Shown piece by piece: positions 19,148 to 28,372 of a DNA stretch of 64,000 nucleotides (its first letter is position 1; the number at the start of each line of letters is the position of its first letter). The notes under the pieces were generated by a model. The model saw nothing but the letters and a program-made list of their open reading frames with translations. It ran no database searches and was not told the DNA's origin. This DNA is from Acidobacteriota bacterium. Its GTDB lineage: Bacteria > Acidobacteriota > UBA6911 > RPQK01 > JAJDTT01. The DNA lies in the NCBI GenBank assembly GCA_965263035.1, contig OZ253580.1, positions 4,768,001-4,832,000 on the forward strand. The letters run 5' to 3'. The position numbers and the translations under genes were made by a program.

Positions 19148-20506
19148 GTGAGAAACACAGGGCAGGAAATGCGTGGCAAGGACGCCAATACGGCGAAACG
19201 AAATTCAGCCCTCTCGCCATCCAATGGCCGGAGATCGGTTCGGGGGACCCGGGGGTGCGCGAGTCGCTTCACCCGCCCAATTCTTATCCTCGCGTGGTTT
19301 CTGAATTCGAGCCTGCTTCCCGGACAGGACTGGCCCGAATTTCGCGGGCCGACGGCCCAAGGGCACTCGGATGCCGTCGACCTGCCTCTGACCTGGAACG
19401 AATCCGCAAACGTCGTCTGGAAAGTGCCCATTCCCGGACAGGGATGGTCCTCGCCCGTCATGCGGGACGGCAGGATCTGGCTGACCACAGGAACCTCCGA
19501 GGGCGACTCACCGCAGGCCCGCCACTCGCTTCGCGCCCTGGGGCTCGATTTCGATTCGGGCCGTCTCCTCCACGATGTCGAGGTCTTCGCACTGGAAGGC
19601 CCCCCCTCGCTGCACACGAAGAACTCGTCGGCCTCTCCCACGCCCATCCTGGAAGAGGACCGGGTCTACGTCCATTTCGGAGACTTCGGCACGGCGGCCC
19701 TCGACTCCCGGGGCAAGATTCTCTGGAAGAGCCGGCGCCTGCGCTATGTGGAGCAGTACGGACCGGGGGCCACGCCGGCGCTCGCGGATGACCTGCTTCT
19801 GATCAGCTGCGACGGCACCGATACGCAGTTCGTGGCGGCCCTGGACAAGAACGACGGCACCGTGCGTTGGAAGACCTTGCGTGAGGACGGCGACATGGCC
19901 TACTCGACGCCTCTGGTCATCGCCGCCGCCGGCCTGCGCCAGGTGATCAGCACCGGGGCCAACCAAGCCGTCTCCTACGAACTGATCACGGGGGAGAAGC
20001 TCTGGTGGATCCGATACGTCGGCTTCTCCCAGGTTCCCCGGCCCCTCTTCGTCCACGGTCTGGTCTACCTGGTCAATCCCGCGTTGGGGAAACCCATCCT
20101 GTACGCCATTCGGCCCGACGGCCGTGGAGACGTCACCAATTCGCACGTGGTCTGGACTTGGCAGCGCGGAGTTCCCGTCACGCCTTCCCCTCTGATCGTG
20201 GGGGAAGAGATCTATTTCGTCAGCGACGGAGGAATCCTCAGCTGCCTGGACGCCAGGAAGGGGACCCTGCACTGGCGGGAACGGCTGGGAGGGAACTTCT
20301 CCGCTTCGCCCGCCTTCGCCGACGGCAAGATCTTCCTGCTCGACGAGGACGGGAAGTCGACGGTCATCCGGCCGGGGCGCAATTTCGACAAGTTGGCCGA
20401 AAACCAGTTGGACGGACGAACCCTGGCGTCCATGGCCATCGCCGGCCGATCGCTCCTGATTCGCAGCGACACTCATCTGTATAGGATCGAAAAAGCCTCC
20501 AACTGA
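19148..20506 (+). CDS. PQQ-binding-like beta-propeller repeat protein (start likely downstream of 19148)
   Basis: DWPEFRGP, GWSSP, YSTP, FSASP repeats. Confidence 0.88.
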   Translation: MRNTGQEMRGKDANTAKRNSALSPSNGRRSVRGTRGCASRFTRPILILAWFLNSSLLPGQDWPEFRGPTAQGHSDAVDLPLTWNESANVVWKVPIPGQGWSSPVMRDGRIWLTTGTSEGDSPQARHSLRALGLDFDSGRLLHDVEVFALEGPPSLHTKNSSASPTPILEEDRVYVHFGDFGTAALDSRGKILWKSRRLRYVEQYGPGATPALADDLLLISCDGTDTQFVAALDKNDGTVRWKTLREDGDMAYSTPLVIAAAGLRQVISTGANQAVSYELITGEKLWWIRYVGFSQVPRPLFVHGLVYLVNPALGKPILYAIRPDGRGDVTNSHVVWTWQRGVPVTPSPLIVGEEIYFVSDGGILSCLDARKGTLHWRERLGGNFSASPAFADGKIFLLDEDGKSTVIRPGRNFDKLAENQLDGRTLASMAIAGRSLLIRSDTHLYRIEKASN

Positions 20507-20508
20507 TA

Positions 20509-20602
20509 GGAGGGGCGATTTCCAATCGCCCATTCCTCCGTTCCCCTGCGCGCCATTCCCCCATTCCCATTCCCGGATTCGGCGGTTGGAAACCGCCGCT
20601 CC
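20509..20602. repeat. Inverted pair of GGAG-foot REP-like hairpins
   Basis: GGAG-GGGCGATTTCCAATCGCCC on + and GGAG-CGGCGGTTTCCAACCGCC on -. Confidence 0.7.
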
Positions 20603-20734
20603 ACTCCCATCCTTTTACCTTCCGGGATTTTACCGGACTCTGGCCGGTGCGGGAGATTCTTAGTAACGTAGACGAAACTCGAAAGCAGCCGAGCCAAATC
20701 GAAATCACACCATCGCAGAGGGAGAACAGGAAAA

Positions 20735-22081
20735 ATGAACAAGCTTTCAAGGCGCGGATTCGTCGGAGCCTCACTGGCAGGGGCAGCACTCCCGACGCGT
20801 GTCTGGACTCAGAGGAGCCATCCGGTTCCGGAGGACTTCCGTCCGGTCTCGCTCCGACCGGAGATCCGGAAGGTCGTAGAAGCCTGCCGGCATGCGGCTC
20901 TGGAAGAACTGAAGCCCACCCGGAGTCAGCTGGAACGGGGTCTGGAGTTGCATTACAGCAGCTACGTCGCCGACCTCTGCGGCTGCCTCTATGTGGCGGA
21001 CCCTCTTTTTATCTGGAAGGGAGACCGTCTGAAGGGAGAGTTGGAGAGCTACCGAAACAAGCTGGAGCGGGAGGGTCTGGACCGGGAGGAGATCCAGCAG
21101 CGGGTGCTCAACAGGTGGCGGGACATGAAGGCCTTTGAATCAGCCTTCGACCCGCAATGGCGGGAGGACTACCGGAATTTGTATCGCCTGGCCGGCATGG
21201 ACCTGGCGGTGGAAGATGTCGGCCACTTCCATGAACCTAGTTTCCGCGCCGGTCTCCAGCACACGGCACGGGCCGGCTTTGTTTACGACAAGATCAAGGA
21301 CGACGCCCTGCGGGTATCAGGGGTGGACGACCTGGAAACTGCCCGGCAGAACGAACAGGTCGCCGTCCTCTTGCACCTTCATGGCGCCAACTGGTTTGCC
21401 ATGACTCCCGATCCGGTTCAAACCCTGGATCTCTTCTTCGCCCTGGGAGTCCGTGCCTCCCAGTTGACCTATCACGAGAAGAACAGCCTGGCTTCCTCAG
21501 ACGATTTCGATGGTGAGAGAGACGCAGGACTCAGCTTGCTCGGCAAGCGGGTGGTTCGCCGGATGAACCAGTTGGGAATGATCATCAATCTGGCCCACTG
21601 CGGCCACCGCTCGGGGCTCGATGCCATCGAGGCCTCAAGCGAACCGGTCATGAATGCTCACACCGGCTGCCGGGCTGTCTACGACTATTACAAGAACGAA
21701 GACGACGATTATCTTCGTACGCTGGCCCGGAATGGGGGTATCGCGGGCATGATGCCCGGATACCTGTCGCCAGATCCGGACTCGAAGTTTTCCTTCAACG
21801 CCTGGTTTCCTCACCTGGAACACGCCATCAAGGTGGCCGGCATTGACCACGTGGGCATCCCCTCGGATGTGACCTTTATGCCCAACTACCCACCCCGGCC
21901 CATGTCGTGGAGCAACTGGCCCTACTTCACGGTGGGACTGGTTTGCCGCGGATTCAGTGACGCCGAAATCCGGAAGATCATCGGCGGGAACTTCCTGCGC
22001 CTCGCCAAACAGGTGCTGGACAAGCGCCCCTGGGGTCCCTTCATATCCCGAGGCGAAGGCTACAACTGGGTGGCCACGTAG
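20735..22081 (+). CDS. Tat-exported membrane-dipeptidase (M19)-like amidohydrolase
   Basis: SRRGFV Tat motif; GLSLLGKRVVRRMNQLGMII, GIDHVGIPSD, KIIGGNFLR. Confidence 0.8.
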   Translation: MNKLSRRGFVGASLAGAALPTRVWTQRSHPVPEDFRPVSLRPEIRKVVEACRHAALEELKPTRSQLERGLELHYSSYVADLCGCLYVADPLFIWKGDRLKGELESYRNKLEREGLDREEIQQRVLNRWRDMKAFESAFDPQWREDYRNLYRLAGMDLAVEDVGHFHEPSFRAGLQHTARAGFVYDKIKDDALRVSGVDDLETARQNEQVAVLLHLHGANWFAMTPDPVQTLDLFFALGVRASQLTYHEKNSLASSDDFDGERDAGLSLLGKRVVRRMNQLGMIINLAHCGHRSGLDAIEASSEPVMNAHTGCRAVYDYYKNEDDDYLRTLARNGGIAGMMPGYLSPDPDSKFSFNAWFPHLEHAIKVAGIDHVGIPSDVTFMPNYPPRPMSWSNWPYFTVGLVCRGFSDAEIRKIIGGNFLRLAKQVLDKRPWGPFISRGEGYNWVAT

Positions 22082-22108
22082 CCGCGGGCCAAGTCCAAGC
22101 AGTCCGGC

Positions 22109-23662
22109 TCAATCGGCAAAACGAAACGAAAAGAGCCTGCTCCGGTCGAGGTGGAACTTCAGCACGATGGAGCGCCCTTTCAGGCGACTGACGTCCGAGC
22201 CCTGGGTCCACTTCATGGTATGCCGCAGGCTGTCACCCTTGGCCGCCGCCGCGTTTTTCCGGCCGAATCCCTCGATCGGCGTTCCCCCGGGCTCCAGAAT
22301 CTCGACCGCGACCGACCCTTCACTGGCATCGGCATTGACTACGAGCCGCTCTCCGGACATCCGGATCGGCCTGGTGGTCAGGACTCCGTTCCCGGCATCG
22401 ATAGACACGAAACCGTCCAGGCGAAGTTTGGCCAGACCCACCTTGCCCCCCTGGACCTCATTCCGACTGGTCGACCAGTGGAGACCACTGAAGCCGACGT
22501 AGTAGATCCAGATCTCATCTTCCACCACGACCGGGTGCTGCATCACGTAGACCATGCTGCGGTCAAAGGCTTCGGGCTGGGTCCCCAGAGGCAGGAAGAC
22601 GTTTCGTCCTCCCGCGCGTTCCCAGGTCCGGCCGTCTCGGCTGAAAGCCAATTGGATGTCGACCGTGTCGAGCCAATCGGGTCCGGACCTGATCTGCCGT
22701 GAGGTCGCGGTCTCCAGTCCGGGCAACGTGTGATAGACCGCGATGAAGCCGAAGTACACGTCTTGGTATGGCATCCACTCCATGTTGTAGAACTGCTGGT
22801 TCCAAGGAGGATCTTCCCGGTCGGCACTCATGATCACACCCCGGGACTCCCATTTGAGGAAATCGTCGCTCTCGCTCTGCAGAACCTCCCGTCGCAGGAA
22901 GCTTCCCTCCGCACCCGGCCACAGTTCCTCGCGGAGATCTCGCCGGACCTTCCAGTCCGGTGGATGGTAGACAGGATTGTGCCGGGTGTGGGCGACGTAC
23001 TTGCCCAATCGAGGATCCCACATCACCGAATTTGGGCTGTCGGCCGTCGGAATCACCGGTTTGTCGGTTGCCCGCTTCCAGTGAATACCATCCGCGGAGA
23101 AGGCGACGCCGATGCCGTTGCCCGAGGATTCCAGTCCCGGAGTATCGTGCATGTGGTAGATCATCTTGTAGCGGCGCTCCGGGTCGGTTTCGACCGCGTC
23201 CTTGAAGACGCCTCCCGCAACCTCGCCCCTTCCAGCGGTGAAGACCAGGTTGTTTTCCTTGGATCCCTGGTGTTCCAGCAGGCCCAGGTTGGGCCGCTCC
23301 CAGCGCATACCATCCTTGGAGGTGGCGTAGCCGAGGAATACCTGGCTCCAGTCGTAGACGGCCGCGTCGTACCACATCTTGAAGATCTGCTCTTCGGCGT
23401 CGTAGATGACGTTCCCCATGACGACGACCAGATCCTGGCCTCCAACCTTCTGCTCCGGCTTCAGCTCGAGAACCGGATTCCCCTCGTACTTCACCGGTTG
23501 ATTCAGCACTCGATAGGCCCGTTCCATGGAGCGAATGATGGAGTCGTCAACGAACAGCTGCTTGTCGGTTCCCACATCGACCACCCGGTCGCCCGGCTCG
23601 GCCCAACCCGAGAATGCGAAGAGCGCAGCCAGGAGCGCCGTCAGCAGTAGACTCTTGATCAT
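22109..23662 (-). CDS. Secreted glycoside-hydrolase-like (five-bladed beta-propeller, GH-J clan-like) protein
   Basis: Signal peptide; QLFVDD, repeated SxDGxxW Asp-boxes, LRLDGFVS. Confidence 0.7.
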   Translation of the reverse strand: MIKSLLLTALLAALFAFSGWAEPGDRVVDVGTDKQLFVDDSIIRSMERAYRVLNQPVKYEGNPVLELKPEQKVGGQDLVVVMGNVIYDAEEQIFKMWYDAAVYDWSQVFLGYATSKDGMRWERPNLGLLEHQGSKENNLVFTAGRGEVAGGVFKDAVETDPERRYKMIYHMHDTPGLESSGNGIGVAFSADGIHWKRATDKPVIPTADSPNSVMWDPRLGKYVAHTRHNPVYHPPDWKVRRDLREELWPGAEGSFLRREVLQSESDDFLKWESRGVIMSADREDPPWNQQFYNMEWMPYQDVYFGFIAVYHTLPGLETATSRQIRSGPDWLDTVDIQLAFSRDGRTWERAGGRNVFLPLGTQPEAFDRSMVYVMQHPVVVEDEIWIYYVGFSGLHWSTSRNEVQGGKVGLAKLRLDGFVSIDAGNGVLTTRPIRMSGERLVVNADASEGSVAVEILEPGGTPIEGFGRKNAAAAKGDSLRHTMKWTQGSDVSRLKGRSIVLKFHLDRSRLFSFRFAD

Positions 23663-23692
23663 GGTTCCCGCTTTCCTTTCGTGAACTTGCTA

Positions 23693-23723
23693 GGAGGGGG
23701 GACATTCTTGCCCCCCTCTTCAT
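23693..23723 (+). repeat. GGAG-foot REP-like hairpin
   Basis: GGAGGGGGGACATTCTTGCCCCCCTCTTCAT, near-identical to the reverse complement of 30944..30975. Confidence 0.7.
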
Positions 23724-23759
23724 TTCCGACCTGGATGGTCTTCTCCCGCAGGTGGAGGG

Positions 23760-24647
23760 TCAGCTCGCCAGTTTTTCCGGCATCGTTTTGCGTTTCCGGA
23801 TCCGAATCGGGACCCGGAAGTTGGCATCGGCGTCCGAATCGGCCTCCGTCTCCCGAGCCAGGAAGAGGGGCACATCCTCCGCCGGGGGATTGGTTCGGTC
23901 ATGGGCCGTGGGAAAGCTGCGCATGATGATCCGCTGTTCCCGGTTCAACGTCTCGATCCACTGGGGATCGCATTGCCGCCGATCTCCCTCCCAGAGCCAG
24001 GAGGGGCAGTAACTCACGAAGATGTTCTTTCGGATCACGTCGGTCTCGTTGACGTCGACCCGGTGCCAGGTCCCGCAGTGCATCACCGTCATGCTTCCGG
24101 CAGGAACCACCAGGGGGACTTCCCCCGGGACGCTCTCGTGAGTGTAGTACAGGTCGAATTCCTGGTTTCGATGACTGCCCGGCATGTAGATGAAGTTCCC
24201 CATTCCGGCATGGGGTAGATCTGTGAGCCAAAGTCCTATGCAGAGACGCAGAGGGAGTTCCTTAGAGAATACGGCATAGGGCGTGGGCCGAGGCGAGTCC
24301 GGGTGCCACATGGACTCGTCCTTGTAGTCCCGGGGCCGGATGAAGATGTCCGAGCGGTGGAGCTTCAAGAGCTCGCCGTAGAGATCGTAGCCGTAGCCCA
24401 CGTGGCGGGAGTGATCGATGAGCTCGCCCAAAACCGGATCCGCAGCGACGCAGTGAGGCTGCCTGAAATCCTTGCCGGGAGCGTAGTTCGGATCGGAGGC
24501 GGCGACGCGATCGATGGCTTCGATGTATCGGTCCACGTCTTCCTGAGGAATGGCGTTCTCCAAGACCAGAATCCCGTTTCTCTGGAATTCTTCCCATTGA
24601 TCCGGGGCAAAACCTGGTGGAGCGATACGGTACGAATTCTCTGGCAC
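23760..24647 (-). CDS. Phytanoyl-CoA dioxygenase (PhyH) family Fe(II)/2OG oxygenase
   Basis: WHPD and GTWH facial triad; GTG start after GAAGGAG. Confidence 0.85.
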   Translation of the reverse strand: MPENSYRIAPPGFAPDQWEEFQRNGILVLENAIPQEDVDRYIEAIDRVAASDPNYAPGKDFRQPHCVAADPVLGELIDHSRHVGYGYDLYGELLKLHRSDIFIRPRDYKDESMWHPDSPRPTPYAVFSKELPLRLCIGLWLTDLPHAGMGNFIYMPGSHRNQEFDLYYTHESVPGEVPLVVPAGSMTVMHCGTWHRVDVNETDVIRKNIFVSYCPSWLWEGDRRQCDPQWIETLNREQRIIMRSFPTAHDRTNPPAEDVPLFLARETEADSDADANFRVPIRIRKRKTMPEKLAS

Positions 24648-24677
24648 GGGAGTCTCTCCTTCCAATTCTGGGTATCC

Positions 24678-24833
24678 TAGCAGCCCGTGGTAAAAGTCGT
24701 CGCGGCATTCGACTGGGTCTGCATCGTGCGCGGACTGCGTTGCGCCTCGGTCACATAGGGTCGAATATGCTCCCTCACCGCGCCTTGTCCGGCGGGCGCA
24801 GCCCCGGTCTCGGTGCTACGCGGGACTTTCACC
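24678..24833. mobile_element. MITE-like repeat copy with right end truncated
   Basis: TAGCAGCCCGTGGTAAAAGTC left end; similarity to the other copies stops at GACTTTCACC. Confidence 0.75.
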
Positions 24834-24835
24834 TA

Positions 24836-24996
24836 GGAGTCTGCGCGGTAGAAATGATCGTAGCGAGAAAGTGGGGAATCGAGGCCAGATTTTCTCGATT
24901 TTGAGGTGCATAGTTGTTCTATTCGCCGAGAAATCGGGGAAATATGGACCGATTCTACCGCTTTCGCAGTAGATCGATTTCTGCAGCGCAGGCTCC
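24836..24996. mobile_element. Second MITE-like element (~161 bp)
   Basis: Imperfect ~24-bp TIRs GGAGTCTGCGCGGTAGAAATGATC / GATCGATTTCTGCAGCGCAGGCTCC; CCTAGG at both junctions. Confidence 0.7.
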
Positions 24997-25037
24997 TAGG
25001 CAAGGGCGAGGGTTAACGCAAAGGTGAACGGACTCTA

Positions 25038-27677
25038 ATGTCTGGGGTTTCGCTCAAGGATCATCAAACCGGCTGGCCGCGGTATTTGGCCACCGTTGCC
25101 GTCTGGATCGTGTCCGGCTTTTTCTTTTCCTGTCAGAGCCAGTTTGATCCTTCCCCACAGGGGGACCCCAAGACAACCCACGACCCCCGTCTTTTTGAAG
25201 TATCCCGGCAGCTTCAGGTGCCGGACGGATTTCAGGTGGAACTGGTCTATTCGGTGCCGCTGGAGGAACAGGGTTCCTGGGTGGCGTTGACGCCGGATTC
25301 CGCAGGGCGGCTGATTACCGCGGATCAATTCGGGAGTCTTTACCGAGTGACGGTCGGAGCTGGAGATTCCGGTACGAAAGTCGAGAAGTTGAATCTTCCC
25401 ATCGGCCACGCCCAGGGGCTTCTCTATGCCCATGACAGCCTCTATGTCACGGTCAACCTGTATCGGACCTCGAAGGAGAAGGTTGCGCAGGGCAGTGGGT
25501 TCTATCGGGTGCTGGACACGGATGGAGACGACCGGTTCGACGAGGTCAAGCTGTTGGGGCAATTGGAGGCTGTGGACAACGAGAATGGGCATGGAGAGCA
25601 CGGGCCCCACGCCGCGGTGCTCGGTCCCGACGGTCTCATTTATCTCGTTGCGGGCAATGGCACCAAGGTTCCGGATGGTTTGGCACGATCCTCTCCGTTC
25701 AGGAATTGGGCCAACGATTTGCTGATCCCCCCCGAGCCGGGATTTGTGCCGGCCGGCTGGGTTGCCCGTACCGACGAGACGGGTTCTGTCTGGGAATTGT
25801 TTGCTGGAGGATTGCGGAACTCCTACGACCTGGCATTCAACCCCGACGGCGAGCTGTTCGCCTTCGACGCGGACAGCGAAGCAGGCATTGGCACGCCCTG
25901 GTACCGCCCCACTCGAATCAACCAGGTGGTCTCGGGAGGGGAGTATGGCTGGCGCTACGACACCGGGCGTTTGAGACCTTATGGAAAGTGGCCTGAATAC
26001 TACCCCGACAGTGTCGGCAGCGTGGTCGATATGGGGTTTGGGTCGCCGACCGGTCTCGTTTTTGGAACCGGCGCTCATTTTCCGGCCAGGTATCAGCGGG
26101 CGTTGTTCGCGTGTGATTGGGCGTCGGGGAAGATTTATGCCGTTCGCCTGAAACCGCAGGGGGCTGGTTATACGGCGACCTTCGAGCCATTCCTGACGGG
26201 GAGTGCCTTGCCCTTGACCGACGTTGTGATCAACCGGGATGGGGACATGTATTTTACGGTGGGTGGGAGGGAGTCCAAGTCGGGTCTTTTTCGAATTCGC
26301 TACCGTGGAGACGAAGTCACCGATCCGGTCGAGACCATCGCCCATCCCGCAGCCGACCGGGCACGGCGAATGCGAAGGCGCCTGGAGCAATTCCATGGTC
26401 AAAGGGATGCTCACGCGGTGGTGGAGGCGTGGCCTCATCTGGCCAGCCCCGATCGCACACTCCGCTATGCAGCGCGTGTCGCTATCGAGCATCAGAACCC
26501 TGCAGCGTGGCAGGATCGCGCACTGCGCGAGGATGACCATGTCGCGTCGATCCAGGCCATGTTGGCTTTGGCGCGAACCGGCAGGGCAGAGCTGCGGGAG
26601 GCCGTCTTGGGGAGGCTCGGCCGGCTCCCCTTGGAGCGACTTCCCGAGGATCAACTGCTGGAGGCGCTACGCGCCTACAGTCTGGCTTTTATCCGGATGG
26701 GCGGCGCACGCAAGGGATCAGGACAACGGGCCGTCAAACGGCTGGGACGGCTGTTTCCTTCCTCCAGCCGGGCGCTCAACCAGGAGCTTTGCCGGCTGCT
26801 GGTTTACCTGAAAGATCCGAGTGTCATCGACAAGTCATTGAGACTGATCGACTCTGCCGGGAGACAAGATCGGCTGTTTTATTTCGCCACCTTGAGTCAC
26901 CTCAGAGAGGGTTGGACGCTGTCACAGCGCCAAACGTACTTTCGCGCGCTGAATTATTCCCAGGGAGAGTATCTTCGTGCTGAGAAAGCATTCGGGAGGA
27001 AGGGTCTCAACAGCCGTTTCATCTACCTGATTGAGAACTTTCGGCAAACCGCCGTGGAGAGCCTCAGCGAAGGGGAAGCCACAATCCTGGAGGAGATCAT
27101 CAACGATCAACGGGCAATGACGGTGACTGACGAGGGTCCGGCCCGTGGATTTGTGGGAACTTGGCGGGTGGCCGACTTTCTGCCCCGGCTCAAGCAGGTG
27201 GAAAGCGGTCGGTCCTACGAGAGCGGCAAGTCTGCCTACCAGGCGGCAGAGTGCGCTCGATGTCATCGCTTTGGTGATCTAGGAGGCACCACGGGGCCGG
27301 ACATCACCACCGTCGGAAATCGTTTTGACGTGCAGTATCTGCTGGAATCGCTGCTCGATCCCTCCAAGGTGGTCTCCGATCGCTTCTTCAACGAGTCGAT
27401 TGAGATGGAGGATGGCGTCATCCATATTGGCCGGGTGGTTTACGACGATGGAAAACTGTTGCGGGTTCGCAGGGATCCTTTCACCCAATCGGTGACCGAA
27501 GTGGCCGCGGATCGGATTGAAACCCGCACTGTTTCGAGAATTTCGGAGATGCCTGAAGGAATGCTCGACGTTTTTACCGAGGAAGAAGTTCTGGACCTGG
27601 TCGCTTACTTGAGGTCGGGCGGAAATCCGGAAGATCCGGCATTCAACACTCTACGGCCAATCACCAAGGAGCCATGA
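25038..27677 (+). CDS. PVC-type membrane-bound dehydrogenase-like protein with c-type heme domain
   Basis: GLRNSYDLAF propeller, HEAT-like middle, CARCH heme motif, GPDIT...SEMPEG. Confidence 0.85.
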   Translation: MSGVSLKDHQTGWPRYLATVAVWIVSGFFFSCQSQFDPSPQGDPKTTHDPRLFEVSRQLQVPDGFQVELVYSVPLEEQGSWVALTPDSAGRLITADQFGSLYRVTVGAGDSGTKVEKLNLPIGHAQGLLYAHDSLYVTVNLYRTSKEKVAQGSGFYRVLDTDGDDRFDEVKLLGQLEAVDNENGHGEHGPHAAVLGPDGLIYLVAGNGTKVPDGLARSSPFRNWANDLLIPPEPGFVPAGWVARTDETGSVWELFAGGLRNSYDLAFNPDGELFAFDADSEAGIGTPWYRPTRINQVVSGGEYGWRYDTGRLRPYGKWPEYYPDSVGSVVDMGFGSPTGLVFGTGAHFPARYQRALFACDWASGKIYAVRLKPQGAGYTATFEPFLTGSALPLTDVVINRDGDMYFTVGGRESKSGLFRIRYRGDEVTDPVETIAHPAADRARRMRRRLEQFHGQRDAHAVVEAWPHLASPDRTLRYAARVAIEHQNPAAWQDRALREDDHVASIQAMLALARTGRAELREAVLGRLGRLPLERLPEDQLLEALRAYSLAFIRMGGARKGSGQRAVKRLGRLFPSSSRALNQELCRLLVYLKDPSVIDKSLRLIDSAGRQDRLFYFATLSHLREGWTLSQRQTYFRALNYSQGEYLRAEKAFGRKGLNSRFIYLIENFRQTAVESLSEGEATILEEIINDQRAMTVTDEGPARGFVGTWRVADFLPRLKQVESGRSYESGKSAYQAAECARCHRFGDLGGTTGPDITTVGNRFDVQYLLESLLDPSKVVSDRFFNESIEMEDGVIHIGRVVYDDGKLLRVRRDPFTQSVTEVAADRIETRTVSRISEMPEGMLDVFTEEEVLDLVAYLRSGGNPEDPAFNTLRPITKEP

Positions 27678-28303
27678 TGCGAACCCTGAAATTGCTGTTT
27701 TTGGCCGCCGGGCTTGCGGGGACCGCAGGCTGTGCGCTGCCATCGGACGACTCGCCACCCGATGGATTTACCAAGCTGTTCAACGGCCACGATCTGACCG
27801 GTTGGAAGGATGATGGCAGCGGGCACTGGCGGGCCGAGAACGGCATGATTCTTTACGACGGCGGAGGCTGGGAACCTGCACCCAAGACGGTGTTCGAGCG
27901 CAATTTGAGCACGGAAAAGGAGTACGGCGATTTCATTTTTCTCATCGATTGGAAGATTGAGAAAGACGGCAATAGTGGAATCTTTCTGCGTGGCGAGCTG
28001 CAAGTGGAGATCTGGGACAGAACGGCAGTCGTTTACTCATCTCCCCACGGGTCGGGTGGAATTGTGGGTTACACCAGCAAGGGACAAGACCCACTACGGA
28101 CAGTCGACCGTCCGCTGGGAGAGTGGAACCACTTTGAGATCCGCGTCCAGAATGAAACCGTCACCGTGCATCTCAACGACCAGCTTGTGATCGACAGGTT
28201 TGCGGCCGACTTCAAACGGGCCGAAGGCCCTATCGTTCTCCAGCATCATGGTTGGCCGCTGTGGTTCAAGAACATTTACGTCAAAGAGTTGGACGGACAT
28301 TGA
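27674..28303 (+). CDS. DUF1080 (3-keto-disaccharide hydrolase-like) lipoprotein
   Basis: LFNGHDLTGW, GNSGIF, GEWNHFEI, GPIVLQHHG, FKNI. Confidence 0.9.
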   Translation: MMRTLKLLFLAAGLAGTAGCALPSDDSPPDGFTKLFNGHDLTGWKDDGSGHWRAENGMILYDGGGWEPAPKTVFERNLSTEKEYGDFIFLIDWKIEKDGNSGIFLRGELQVEIWDRTAVVYSSPHGSGGIVGYTSKGQDPLRTVDRPLGEWNHFEIRVQNETVTVHLNDQLVIDRFAADFKRAEGPIVLQHHGWPLWFKNIYVKELDGH

Positions 28304-28372
28304 CGAGGGCTTACGGCAGGGACTGCTGCCGAAGTGTCGATACCTGCCCTTTCTTTCTCCCCTTCACTCATC

